The notes below the pieces were generated by a model, which worked only from the letters and a program-made list of their open reading frames with translations, was not told where the DNA came from and did not search any database. Shown in pieces: positions 1-8,136 of a stretch of DNA of 56,120 nt. Source of the stretch: a virus (Duplodnaviria > Caudoviricetes); the IMG/VR virus record IMGVR_UViG_3300036759_000011, positions 1-56,120 of that record; one strand, 5' to 3'. Each line of letters opens with the position of its first letter. Positions within the stretch are counted from its first letter, which is position 1. A program made the position numbers and the translations under genes.

Positions 1-6
1 ATCGGA

Positions 7-20
7 CGTACACACGTTCG
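7..20. promoter_or_regulatory. Near-consensus LexA (SOS/Cheo) box
   Basis: CGTAC-ACAC-GTTCG, 1 mismatch to CGAAC-N4-GTTCG. Confidence 0.55.
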
Positions 21-135
21 TAAGAAGGTACACTACTCAATAATACACTAGGTAATATAAGAGAAGAGAGAGAAGAGCGGAATATTGACTGAGTAACGCA
101 ACAAATAGCACAATCGATGCGCGAATTCTCGATGA

Positions 136-149
136 CGAACACTTGTTCG
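136..149. promoter_or_regulatory. LexA (SOS/Cheo) box
   Basis: Perfect CGAAC-ACTT-GTTCG about 24 bp upstream of the -35 at 173, and downstream of a weaker TTGACT-18-CACAAT promoter (85-114). Confidence 0.8.
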
Positions 150-172
150 CCTCAAATCGCTACAGAAAGGGC

Positions 173-201
173 TTGACAATGATCCGTACTTCCGCTATTA
201 T
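173..201 (+). promoter_or_regulatory. Sigma70/SigA-type promoter
   Basis: TTGACA-17bp-TATTAT. Confidence 0.65.
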
Positions 202-388
202 TCTTCTCACCGGGGTAATCATCTTCCTCGGAATGAAGTACAACACGGCCAAAGCAGCACTTGACAAGAATCTTAAGCAGGATTCGGTCATCGCGTGGTG
301 TCTGTATGAGCAGAATACACAGAAGCCTATGAAGTGTGTTGACCGGTCGCTTGACGTGATGGATGTGTACGAGCATCCCAACAACTAA
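179..388 (+). CDS. Small membrane-anchored hypothetical protein
   Basis: AGAAAGGG SD before ATG 179; N-terminal hydrophobic helix. Confidence 0.6.
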   Translation: MIRTSAIILLTGVIIFLGMKYNTAKAALDKNLKQDSVIAWCLYEQNTQKPMKCVDRSLDVMDVYEHPNN

Positions 389-405
389 CGGGAGAACAAA
401 CAACC

Positions 406-555
406 ATGAAGCATTACGGTGACTTCGGTCTTGTCGAGTACGAGGGTAGGTTGTACCTCATCAAGCGTGGCGAGAACGCTAACAAGGTGTTCTCAATCCC
501 GCTCACTTCACAAATCATCGCTGAACTGTCAAGCTTCGATTACAGCAACCATTGA
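406..555 (+). CDS. Hypothetical protein (49 aa, not in ORF track)
   Basis: AACGGGAG SD then MKHYGDFGLVEYEGRLYLIK...; fills the gap between genes. Confidence 0.65.
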   Translation: MKHYGDFGLVEYEGRLYLIKRGENANKVFSIPLTSQIIAELSSFDYSNH

Positions 556-573
556 AGGGAGGTGTAGCCAAAA

Positions 574-882
574 ATGAAGAAGGGACTGAATCAGGATCAG
601 ATTAAGGCGCTCTACGCCGGTCGTCGCGTCAAGGGCCTTTACGAGGATCGCACTATCGAGTTTATCGAGTCGGATGAGCTTGGTGTCGAGCCGATGGATC
701 AGTGGCCGCTTGACTTCGGTGACAAGTCTGCCACCACTGTTTTCCAGGGATTTCGTAACGCGATTAAGAAGGGCGAGCTTACCGGCGTTGTTGACGTTAT
801 GCAGCGCGGTGGTAAGGTGTTCATCTGTCATCGTGAGCGGTGTGGTATCCCCGCTGGCGTGACCGTTGAGGACGAGAACTAG
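574..882 (+). CDS. Hypothetical protein, paralog of 8137..8463
   Basis: GGGAGGT SD; shares LYAxRRxKGLY, WP and QGFxNA motifs with the 8137 ORF. Confidence 0.85.
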   Translation: MKKGLNQDQIKALYAGRRVKGLYEDRTIEFIESDELGVEPMDQWPLDFGDKSATTVFQGFRNAIKKGELTGVVDVMQRGGKVFICHRERCGIPAGVTVEDEN

Positions 883-892
883 AATCAAACAA

Positions 893-942
893 GCTTGACC
901 CCTAGGCGCAGTAATGCGGTACTGTTAGCTTAGGGGTCAAGC
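893..942 (+). other. Intergenic long hairpin
   Basis: GCTTGACCCCTA...TAGGGGTCAAGC, 12-bp inverted repeat. Confidence 0.7.
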
Positions 943-963
943 CCTACAAACGGGAGAAAACGC

Positions 964-1314
964 ATGAAGGTATACGCGATTGTCGTCGGAGCGTTCGTTA
1001 TTCTGGCGTCAATTGTAGTTGTTTGGGTTGGGATCGATTATTACATCGCTCCGGAAATTCAGGCAGCTAGAGCACAAGCCAAGCAAGCTAAGCAAATCGA
1101 GGCTTCAAAGCCCCACGGATGGGGAGCAATTAAAACTGGGATGACCCAAGATCAAGTTAAAGATATTCTTGGTGATCCTGATAAGAAGTACGAGTACCAA
1201 GATAACACGAGTCTTTGGGTGTATTACATTACCGATTACGGCCATGATATCACCTTTGATACTGATAGCACAGTATCGTCTAAAACCATCGATTCTTATC
1301 GTCGCGCTAATTAG
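964..1314 (+). CDS. Membrane-anchored SmpA/OmlA (BamE/BLIP-like) domain protein
   Basis: N-terminal TM helix; IKTGMTQDQVKDILGDPD...WVY motif. Confidence 0.7.
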   Translation: MKVYAIVVGAFVILASIVVVWVGIDYYIAPEIQAARAQAKQAKQIEASKPHGWGAIKTGMTQDQVKDILGDPDKKYEYQDNTSLWVYYITDYGHDITFDTDSTVSSKTIDSYRRAN

Positions 1315-1326
1315 CTAGAATCCAAC

Positions 1327-1355
1327 TTGACAACTCGCCTCGGATGTGCTATGCT
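1327..1355 (+). promoter_or_regulatory. Sigma70/SigA-type promoter
   Basis: TTGACA-17bp-TATGCT with extended -10 TG. Confidence 0.85.
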
Positions 1356-1392
1356 CCCTGTGCGGGTTTTGAAGGGAACGGGAGGCGTTACC

Positions 1393-1611
1393 GTGAGTAA
1401 CAACAACTGGCAGGAACTAGAGGAATGGATGACGAACACACGTTCGGATCCTTTCCGTGACGAGTACATCTTGGATGCTGCTGTACTCGGTTGTCTAGAA
1501 ATGAATGTAGTCATCGAGGTTTTCGATGATTACAACATTGAGAATAACAAAGAGAACAGGCGCAGGTTTAGTGGCCTGATTTCCAAAGCTCTTACAGAAC
1601 ACGGCATGTAA
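1393..1611 (+). CDS. Hypothetical protein
   Basis: AACGGGAGG SD, GTG start. Confidence 0.7.
   Translation: MSNNNWQELEEWMTNTRSDPFRDEYILDAAVLGCLEMNVVIEVFDDYNIENNKENRRRFSGLISKALTEHGM
1433..1446. promoter_or_regulatory. LexA (SOS/Cheo) box inside a coding sequence
   Basis: Perfect CGAAC-ACAC-GTTCG about 70 bp downstream of the predicted start of the 1327 promoter. Confidence 0.7.
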
Positions 1612-1618
1612 TCCAGTC

Positions 1619-1895
1619 ACTAGGCTGGATAGAGTCATAGTGAGACAGGAGTAAGCTCAAAGCTTACATGGCCTCTTGTCATCTATGGCTCTATCAAGCC
1701 TAGTCACCCTAACTCAGCCGGATAACGCTATTAGGTCGTCAGTGGTAGACGCAACCACTCTCCAACCGAACGCTGTAACCAATGTCGGTGATGGCTGGCT
1801 AGGCTTGACAAGCTAGCAAGCAAAGACCATGATAAGACCACCTGTTCATACAGCAGGGCACATGGCTCACGAATGTGAATAAGCTTGCTAGCTTG
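1619..1895 (+). ncRNA. Putative structured RNA region (three consecutive long stems)
   Basis: Stems at 1619-1704, ~1708-1803 and 1809-1895 inside a ~350-bp ORF-free gap. Confidence 0.5.
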
Positions 1896-1960
1896 ACAAA
1901 TTTGCGTAGGCAGTTACCTAGAGAGTCCCCCCGCTACGCAACAAAATAAAGGAGTGGTAA

Positions 1961-2143
1961 ATGAGAATTGAGAATTGGAGCGAGATGATCGCTCGTGATC
2001 GTGAGAAGCTGCAAAGCAAGACTTACAGGCAGATGTTTGCATATAGCATCTTTCCGCTGCTTACGCTGCCTCTGCTGATCGAGCTGGAGGCTAATCAGAA
2101 GCTTAACAAGCTTGAGCAGCAACTCTTTCCGGTCAAAGCCTAG
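1961..2143 (+). CDS. Hypothetical protein
   Basis: AAGGAG SD, ATG. Confidence 0.65.
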   Translation: MRIENWSEMIARDREKLQSKTYRQMFAYSIFPLLTLPLLIELEANQKLNKLEQQLFPVKA

Positions 2144-2155
2144 ACGAAAGGATAG

Positions 2156-2184
2156 TTGACAATGCCAACCTGGCGTGTTATACT
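2156..2184 (+). promoter_or_regulatory. Sigma70/SigA-type promoter
   Basis: TTGACA-17bp-TATACT with extended -10 TG. Confidence 0.8.
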
Positions 2185-2407
2185 TCCAGTGAAGGATGAG
2201 GCAGGAAACATTGTCGATTGGATCCGAGTGGCAATGTCAGTAGCGCCAACCATGACAGAAGCGCTAACAAATGCGCGGAAAGGATGGGGCCAACAAGCTG
2301 ATGTGCAAGAATACTCACTGACTTACGAACCAGTGGGTAAGCAAACAACAACGGGAGCGTATTATGACAGAGTATACGGTCAAGAATCCGGGAGAACCCG
2401 CTTCTGA
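2162..2407 (+). CDS. Hypothetical protein
   Basis: AAAGGA SD; ORF in the gene string. Confidence 0.55.
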   Translation: MPTWRVILPVKDEAGNIVDWIRVAMSVAPTMTEALTNARKGWGQQADVQEYSLTYEPVGKQTTTGAYYDRVYGQESGRTRF

Positions 2408-3032
2408 AGCTCAGAAGAATTTTATCCGCAAGTTGCGTGATGAGCGTGACTTGAGTAAGCTATCTGAAGTTCAGCGCGAGTATCTCATTGCTGACGATTT
2501 CAGCGAGATGCTTAAGGGTCATGCGGATACGGCCATTAAGCTGCTTCTCAGCTTTGAGAAGAAAAGTGCAAGACCAAGAGTGAATGACAAGCCTACTCCG
2601 CTTGTTTCGCAGCAGATTACGGATGCCGACGGATCGCATAGTAGCAAAGCAAGTCATTACTTCGTGGTTGACCCGACTGATGGTAAGGAAAAGTTCGTTA
2701 CCATCTGGATGAGTGTTCGTGCAAGTGATGACATGTACCCCGTGACTAACCCCGAGCACAGGAACCAGTTGATTCAGGAAGTTGCTAAGGATCCTGTGCA
2801 GGCCATGAACGCTTATGGTGAGAAGCTTGGTATCTGTGGAAGGTGTGGCCGTACTCTCACCGATAGGGATTCAAGGTTGCGTGGCATAGGCCCCGTATGC
2901 GCTCAAAAGATTGCGATGATTCGCACGCCTGAGCAGGATGCATTGCTCGATGCTTATCTCGCAAGCAAAGCACAGAAGGAAGGTGAGAATGCATCATCAG
3001 GACTTAGTGACGATCAGGACGACGTGTCCTAA
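2364..3032 (+). CDS. DUF6011-like Zn-finger protein
   Basis: CGRCGRTLTDRDSRLRGIGPVC motif; N-terminal ASEAQKNFIRKL helix. Confidence 0.8.
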   Translation: MTEYTVKNPGEPASEAQKNFIRKLRDERDLSKLSEVQREYLIADDFSEMLKGHADTAIKLLLSFEKKSARPRVNDKPTPLVSQQITDADGSHSSKASHYFVVDPTDGKEKFVTIWMSVRASDDMYPVTNPEHRNQLIQEVAKDPVQAMNAYGEKLGICGRCGRTLTDRDSRLRGIGPVCAQKIAMIRTPEQDALLDAYLASKAQKEGENASSGLSDDQDDVS

Positions 3033-3198
3033 CTGCCACAGAGTGACTGACATTACGATAGAGGCTGGTAAGCTTCAAGCGTATCAGAGTGGCACGCATA
3101 TTCAGTATGTGTGGCCTGAATGGAGTCCAATTCAACGGGAGCAACTCATCACTGGCATGTGTAGTGATGAGTGTTGGAACAAGTACATCGGAGTATAA
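2989..3198 (+). CDS. Small Zn-ribbon protein
   Basis: CPNC...CSDECW; AAGGTG SD. Confidence 0.7.
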   Translation: MHHQDLVTIRTTCPNCHRVTDITIEAGKLQAYQSGTHIQYVWPEWSPIQREQLITGMCSDECWNKYIGV

Positions 3199-3209
3199 CG
3201 GGAGACAAC

Positions 3210-3437
3210 ATGAAAGTCTACGAAGATTACGTAGTTGTAATGCCCGCAAGTCAGGCAATGATGGTAACCAATCTACTAGCTAACTTGGGTCTTGCGCTTG
3301 AAGGCTTGGTTCTGGAAATTCCTGAAGGCGACGATTACTTGGTTCGCATCGAACCCAAGAACATTCACGAAGCATACAAAGCCGTTCGTACAGCGCTTGA
3401 AGAGAATTGGCTTGGTCATAACGGGAGTGAACTATGA
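3210..3437 (+). CDS. Hypothetical protein
   Basis: AACGGGAG SD; ATGA overlap with the next gene. Confidence 0.75.
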   Translation: MKVYEDYVVVMPASQAMMVTNLLANLGLALEGLVLEIPEGDDYLVRIEPKNIHEAYKAVRTALEENWLGHNGSEL

Positions 3438-3778
3438 GCTTTGAAGTACAAGACTGTAACGGGAGAAAGCTTAAGGTGGGTGACAAGGTTCTGTATGGTG
3501 ATCCTAACCCGAATGACGTGTTGAGTCACACGGCTACGATTACCAAGATTACCGAACCTGATGGTGACTACGATGATAACCTTGAGCGCGCGGTAGAGAT
3601 TTGCCCGTATGTTCACATCATCTTTGATGCGGATACATACGAGGCTGCCGATAAGGAAATCTGCTACACCTACAACAACACGCCCGTGAGTTGGAATGAT
3701 TATCCTGATGGCCCAAGTCATTACATCTACGAGGCAGAGGATTTGGAGTGGGTAGATGGCACTGAAGATCACAACTAA
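3434..3778 (+). CDS. Acidic hypothetical protein (KOW/SH3-like N-terminus)
   Basis: DxNGRKLKVGDKV motif. Confidence 0.7.
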   Translation: MSFEVQDCNGRKLKVGDKVLYGDPNPNDVLSHTATITKITEPDGDYDDNLERAVEICPYVHIIFDADTYEAADKEICYTYNNTPVSWNDYPDGPSHYIYEAEDLEWVDGTEDHN

Positions 3779-4145
3779 TCACGTACCGCGTAACATTATC
3801 AGCGGATATGAGTTGACGGAGAAGGAACTGAGGGATCTTGGCTTCGATTACATGTCGGACGAATTGATTAATGGTCACTTCTTCCGCTACAAGGGTGAAG
3901 CGTATGATCTGAGGGACTTCGAGGTTATCAGCCCAATTAGGATGGTGTATCATTATCCTAATACAAAGCTGAATGAGTGGGATGGTATCATGTCTGATAC
4001 TTACTTCTCTGGTATCCTTGTAAAGTGCCCCGATGAAGATACTGTGATTGTGGGGATGTACTATGTCGATAGCAAGCCCGAGCCACGAGAATTCGTAGTT
4101 GATTCACATGGACAAACTGAAGAGGTTTACGATGGGACTGGATAA
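3756..4145 (+). CDS. Conserved phage hypothetical protein
   Basis: FFRYKGxxYDLxDF...WDGxxSDTYFSGILV pattern recalled from phage early genes. Confidence 0.75.
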   Translation: MALKITTNHVPRNIISGYELTEKELRDLGFDYMSDELINGHFFRYKGEAYDLRDFEVISPIRMVYHYPNTKLNEWDGIMSDTYFSGILVKCPDEDTVIVGMYYVDSKPEPREFVVDSHGQTEEVYDGTG

Positions 4146-4668
4146 GGAATTCATTACCAATCTGTATCGGTTGCAACTCCCGCCAGTAAACTCTGGTAGA
4201 GCAGGTTGGATGTTTGACCAACCGGCAATTCTAGCTGCGTTGGATGAACTTGAAATCAAGCTTCCCGTAGTCTTGAAGTTTCGTGCATACAAGACACATC
4301 GTTACACAGGATGGCGCACATATGCTAACCACGGCATGAGGTATCTGAATCTAGATAATCCAGATGCGGGATGCTGCCACCTGATTAAGCTTAACGATGT
4401 GGTAAAGTGGGAACTGAAGAAGTGTGGCACGGATATTACGATTGAAAAGGTAAGCATGAATCTGTGGCATGAATTGCGTCATGCTCACCAAGCAGAGGAA
4501 TGGGCAAGGTACTTTAAAGAGAACCCGATGCTTTGGCACATGAAAGGGTATGCTCATCCAAGTGCAAGAGGTAGCTGGGGTGCAACATACAAAGAGAACA
4601 TCTATGAAGTCGATGCCAGGGAGTTTGCCGAGAGTAAGCGGGAATCGCCTCTTATCGTGCCCGCCTAG
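4132..4668 (+). CDS. HExxH zincin-like metallopeptidase
   Basis: HELRHAHQ plus downstream NIYEVDA; GAGG SD. Confidence 0.75.
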   Translation: MGLDKEFITNLYRLQLPPVNSGRAGWMFDQPAILAALDELEIKLPVVLKFRAYKTHRYTGWRTYANHGMRYLNLDNPDAGCCHLIKLNDVVKWELKKCGTDITIEKVSMNLWHELRHAHQAEEWARYFKENPMLWHMKGYAHPSARGSWGATYKENIYEVDAREFAESKRESPLIVPA

Positions 4669-4671
4669 CAC

Positions 4672-4700
4672 TTGACAACGCTCGCCGAACCTGCTATAGT
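4672..4700 (+). promoter_or_regulatory. Sigma70/SigA-type promoter
   Basis: TTGACA-17bp-TATAGT with TG. Confidence 0.88.
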
Positions 4701-4706
4701 CCCTCA

Positions 4707-4786
4707 TAGCCCCAGCACGGGCGTATGGAATCGAGTGGTAGCCGCAAAGCTGTCCCCCAGGTTCCCGCTGGCCTGTGCTGGGGTTA
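4707..4786 (+). ncRNA. Putative small RNA or structured 5' leader
   Basis: 16-bp terminal stem (TAGCCCCAGCACGGGC/GCCTGTGCTGGGGTTA) starting at the predicted +1 of the 4672 promoter. Confidence 0.5.
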
Positions 4787-4906
4787 AAATAAGACCTCAC
4801 GATACATCGGGATACGATGTGTCTTTGGGAAGAAACGGAGAGGGGTGAGTGTATATAGCCTAACTAGAGATGGACCCAGATGAATACAAAAACGGGAGAG
4901 AGAAGA

Positions 4907-5098
4907 ATGAGAATTTCACGTAATTACAAAGGCCATACCATCGAGATGAATCTTGACTCGAATGGTGTAGGTAATGGCATCATAGTCGTGACTCCGAAAG
5001 GCAGGCGTGTTAGTTGTATGCGTAGGGGTACGCACATCGTATTGTCTAAACTGCCTGAAGATGTACGTCAGCGGGCTGAATTCTTGGCGGGGTGGTAA
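4907..5098 (+). CDS. Hypothetical protein
   Basis: AACGGGAG SD, ATG. Confidence 0.7.
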   Translation: MRISRNYKGHTIEMNLDSNGVGNGIIVVTPKGRRVSCMRRGTHIVLSKLPEDVRQRAEFLAGW

Positions 5099-5382
5099 CA
5101 ACGTCTAGGGAGAGAGATCGTAACAGGAAGCACTTTCACAAAGGTCACTATGAGATTATCGCGGCTAGGTTTCGTGAGGAGTTTAGCACGTACGTCAACG
5201 AGGACGGTACTCCTGTAGTTAGCTATAATCATGGCGAGGGACTCATTGCAGCAACCGCATTGGTAAGATTGTGTGGATCTTTGGCTAATAGATTCGAGTT
5301 TGACAACGATGAGTTTGAACGGGAGATTTTCTTTAAGCGTTGTAGTCCATACGACGAATTCGATTTGAAGGATTGGATGTAA
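5092..5382 (+). CDS. Conserved phage hypothetical protein
   Basis: HYEIIA...DNDEFEREIFFKRC; TAATG coupling to the next gene. Confidence 0.7.
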   Translation: MVTTSRERDRNRKHFHKGHYEIIAARFREEFSTYVNEDGTPVVSYNHGEGLIAATALVRLCGSLANRFEFDNDEFEREIFFKRCSPYDEFDLKDWM

Positions 5383-5939
5383 TGGGACTTGACATGTATC
5401 TTAATGCCGAGGAGTATGTCGGCGGTTGGAGTCATGGTGACGAGGGTGAGAAGAGTAAGTACGCATCCATCGTAGAGATGGTTGAGGCTGAAAATCTCGT
5501 CACTGAGGATTCACCCAGCTTGTATGTGAAGGTGACGTGTGGTTATTGGCGCAAGGCAAACCACATTCACCAATGGTTCGTTCGCAATGTTCAGAATGGC
5601 GAGGATAATTGCGGTAACTATTACGTCTCGCGTGGGCAGCTTGAAGAGTTGGCTGACGCATGTAGAGCCGTGATGAGAAGCACTAGGTTGGTCGGTGGAG
5701 TAGTTCATACTGGTACAACGTATGACCGGAGCGGAGAAACCGAACACTTCGCTGATGGTAAGGTGCTTGAGGATTCAACTATGGCTGAGGAGCTACTTCC
5801 AACGCAGGAAGGATTCTTCTTTGGTGGTACTGATTATGATGAAGGGTATTGGAATGATCTAGAGACTACCATCGCAATCGTCAATCGAGCACTCAATGCC
5901 TCAACCAAGTGGGAATTTTCTTACCACTCAAGCTGGTAA
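5382..5939 (+). CDS. Conserved phage hypothetical protein
   Basis: MGLDMYL...YWRKANHIHQWF...LPTQEGFFFGGTDYD...YHSSW family pattern. Confidence 0.85.
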   Translation: MGLDMYLNAEEYVGGWSHGDEGEKSKYASIVEMVEAENLVTEDSPSLYVKVTCGYWRKANHIHQWFVRNVQNGEDNCGNYYVSRGQLEELADACRAVMRSTRLVGGVVHTGTTYDRSGETEHFADGKVLEDSTMAEELLPTQEGFFFGGTDYDEGYWNDLETTIAIVNRALNASTKWEFSYHSSW

Positions 5940-5941
5940 TA

Positions 5942-6361
5942 ATGCCGCCTACCATCAACTGGCCTAGTCCACTTGAGAAACTCAGGTGGACTGAAGCATT
6001 CAGACGGAGGGATAAATTCGTACACGGCGACGATGGTCGTAAGTTCTCATGCAGGTACGACAAGGAATCGGTATTCGTTAAGCCTGTGCTGGGTTATACA
6101 CCGATGGGATGGCTACCGTATGATTTGGTCTTTAGCGAAGCATGGTTGCATGAAAACAGCGATCCGATCTATAGATCAGCGGTAGCAGAGTTTTTAGCAT
6201 CCGAGTATGCAGGAGTATCAGTCAAGGCACATTGGTCTAGGTTTGAAAAAACGCCTCTGAAAACTCTTGAAAGAAAGTTCAGAGATGTGGGTGCGCCAGG
6301 AGTCGATATCCTCGTTACGGATAACGCCGTATTCCTAGTGAAAAAGGAATACAAGCCATGA
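5942..6361 (+). CDS. Hypothetical protein
   Basis: Tightly packed ORF. Confidence 0.7.
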   Translation: MPPTINWPSPLEKLRWTEAFRRRDKFVHGDDGRKFSCRYDKESVFVKPVLGYTPMGWLPYDLVFSEAWLHENSDPIYRSAVAEFLASEYAGVSVKAHWSRFEKTPLKTLERKFRDVGAPGVDILVTDNAVFLVKKEYKP

Positions 6362-6618
6362 CCGATTATGAAGACTTGATGTTCCTTCTCAAAGACCCAA
6401 GCTTTCCGCTAACTAGCCAAGAATGGGTTGACAGAACATATCACTTTCTTCGCACGCTCACCGATGAAGAGTTGGTAGAGATGCTGAGAATGTCCATGTG
6501 TTCAGTAGCATGGCGTTTAACGGGAGGAGTAACTGATATGAGTCAGGAGGAGTTTAAGCACGCTCTCCTCGAAGTTACTCGACTAATGTACAAATTAGTA
6601 CGGGAGAACAAGACGTGA
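6358..6618 (+). CDS. Hypothetical protein
   Basis: ATGA overlap; AAGGA SD. Confidence 0.7.
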   Translation: MTDYEDLMFLLKDPSFPLTSQEWVDRTYHFLRTLTDEELVEMLRMSMCSVAWRLTGGVTDMSQEEFKHALLEVTRLMYKLVRENKT

Positions 6619-6845
6619 GTAGCAATGAGTTTTGGGATATGGTACGTGGTGGCTATAACCTCGTAGCCACCGAGAACGGGAGAGTGGTGAAGTTCCAACA
6701 TGATACTCATGCAGCTGTGATTCATTGGCGTGCGGATGAGGGATTGGGACAAATCATTATCGAAGTAAGTGAAGTCAGTAAATTGCCGAGTGAGCCACTG
6801 ATAGCGCCACCGGCATCACATAGAAGGGATAGTATTGATGGCTAA
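6615..6845 (+). CDS. Hypothetical protein
   Basis: GTGA overlap; ACGGGAG SD. Confidence 0.7.
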   Translation: MSSNEFWDMVRGGYNLVATENGRVVKFQHDTHAAVIHWRADEGLGQIIIEVSEVSKLPSEPLIAPPASHRRDSIDG

Positions 6846-7167
6846 GATTAATCTTGGCGAAGAGTTTGAGATGAACACCCGTGATCGTTACACTAAGGTT
6901 AAGGCTCATCTATTCATTGAGCTTGACGGACGTGAGCTTCCCGCAATGTCTATCGTGGGTGAGGCACTTCAGAAGGCACGCGAGCTAATTGAAGAGGCAG
7001 TCAAGAAGTCTTACGAGATTGTGCCTGAGCGTGTGGATACACCGCAGGTTCAGCCGCAAACTATGCCTACCGCGCCTAGTGTGGCCGAACCTCGTAAGGT
7101 AACTCCTGAGCCTAACAATGATGTGGCTCCTGTTGAGCCCCCCAAGCCAGCGGTACCGTTTGGCTAA
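6838..7167 (+). CDS. Hypothetical protein with Pro-rich C-terminus
   Basis: AAGGGA SD; packed ORF. Confidence 0.75.
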   Translation: MAKINLGEEFEMNTRDRYTKVKAHLFIELDGRELPAMSIVGEALQKARELIEEAVKKSYEIVPERVDTPQVQPQTMPTAPSVAEPRKVTPEPNNDVAPVEPPKPAVPFG

Positions 7168-7352
7168 TGAAATTCACCGAGCGCGTAACTTTTAGGTTGA
7201 TTCAAATGCCATGCTGTGGGCATGCACTTTGTTGGGTGAATCCCAGATTCCCTAACTTCTGTCCGCAATGTGGTAATCACATCTTCACAAAAGTTAAGCA
7301 AGGTGTATTGTTGACCGATACAGAAGCGACCCTAAACTACGAGGGGGATTGA
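7167..7352 (+). CDS. Small Zn-ribbon protein
   Basis: PCCGH...CPQCG; TAATG overlap. Confidence 0.7.
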   Translation: MKFTERVTFRLIQMPCCGHALCWVNPRFPNFCPQCGNHIFTKVKQGVLLTDTEATLNYEGD

Positions 7353-7666
7353 TGGGACTCACCAAGGAAGAGATAGATAGACTTCTTGCGAAGAAAGCGT
7401 CACGCACTCGTGGTGGGGGTCGCAAAAAGAACGAGCCTAATCTTGATGATCGTACATATCAGACGTGGTTCAAGATGATGCACAAGCTCATTGATGATGA
7501 TACGGGAGAGATGCTGAACTGTGATAATGAGCAGTGTATCGATCCACGCGATCGTACTAACGGTCAGACCGTTATTAAGATTAAGGGTCAATGGATGTGT
7601 AGATATTGCTTCATTGATGGGTGGCTACTAGAAAACCCAGCACAGCAGGAACTTCCTGCCACATGA
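7352..7666 (+). CDS. Zn-finger protein with MGLTKEEIDRLLAKK N-terminus
   Basis: CxxxxC...CxxC; N-terminal 15 aa identical to the 16096 ORF. Confidence 0.8.
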   Translation: MGLTKEEIDRLLAKKASRTRGGGRKKNEPNLDDRTYQTWFKMMHKLIDDDTGEMLNCDNEQCIDPRDRTNGQTVIKIKGQWMCRYCFIDGWLLENPAQQELPAT

Positions 7667-8133
7667 CTTCAAGTGCTGACAACTTAGTAGAGTGGGCAAC
7701 GGACCTTTACGCTCTAATGTACGTAGAATCGAAAGTCAATGATTATGGCGAACGTGTGTTCGAGGGAAAGGTAACAGATCTGTTCAAGCACTTAGATGTG
7801 GGTATTGGGAATTATACTCCTATCCGCCAAGTCTTGGTAGAATCGGGAGCCATCGTATTCCAGCAACGTGGGAACCGGATGCAACCATCTGTCATCGAGC
7901 TTCGCGGCGCAGAAAAAATTTCGGCCGAACCCTTGACACGGGCGCGGCGAGCCGCTATAGTGAAGCTACAAGACGTTGACCGGCGGCTCGCGGCGGTCGA
8001 AAACTGGAGAGAGACAACGGGAGGTATCAATTTAGGAGAAGCACTAAGATCGATGGAACTACGGTTAACCAGGCTAGAGGAACTAGCCACAAACGGGAGA
8101 AACGAAGTTTCCCCACAAAACGAAAGGAAGTAA
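7663..8133 (+). CDS. Hypothetical protein (possible winged helix plus coiled coil)
   Basis: ATGA overlap; helical/beta pattern, coiled-coil C-terminus. Confidence 0.7.
   Translation: MTSSADNLVEWATDLYALMYVESKVNDYGERVFEGKVTDLFKHLDVGIGNYTPIRQVLVESGAIVFQQRGNRMQPSVIELRGAEKISAEPLTRARRAAIVKLQDVDRRLAAVENWRETTGGINLGEALRSMELRLTRLEELATNGRNEVSPQNERK
7749..7762. promoter_or_regulatory. LexA (SOS/Cheo) box inside a coding sequence
   Basis: Perfect CGAAC-GTGT-GTTCG about 170 bp upstream of the 7933 promoter. Confidence 0.65.
7933..7961 (+). promoter_or_regulatory. Sigma70/SigA-type promoter (intragenic)
   Basis: TTGACA-17bp-TATAGT with an upstream A/T tract. Confidence 0.8.
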
Positions 8134-8136
8134 GTA

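Noticed and set aside
59-78. GA-rich tract and adjacent AT-rich stretch as replication origin
   Set aside because: No iterons or DnaA boxes; too little evidence.
1805-1921. TTGACA at 1805, 1893 (and 261) as promoters
   Set aside because: The -10 elements at proper spacing are weak or absent; the 1805 and 1893 copies overlap an inverted repeat.
4707-4786. tRNA or c-di-GMP riboswitch
   Set aside because: No T-loop or anticodon cloverleaf; only a short CGCAAAGC match without the other riboswitch elements.
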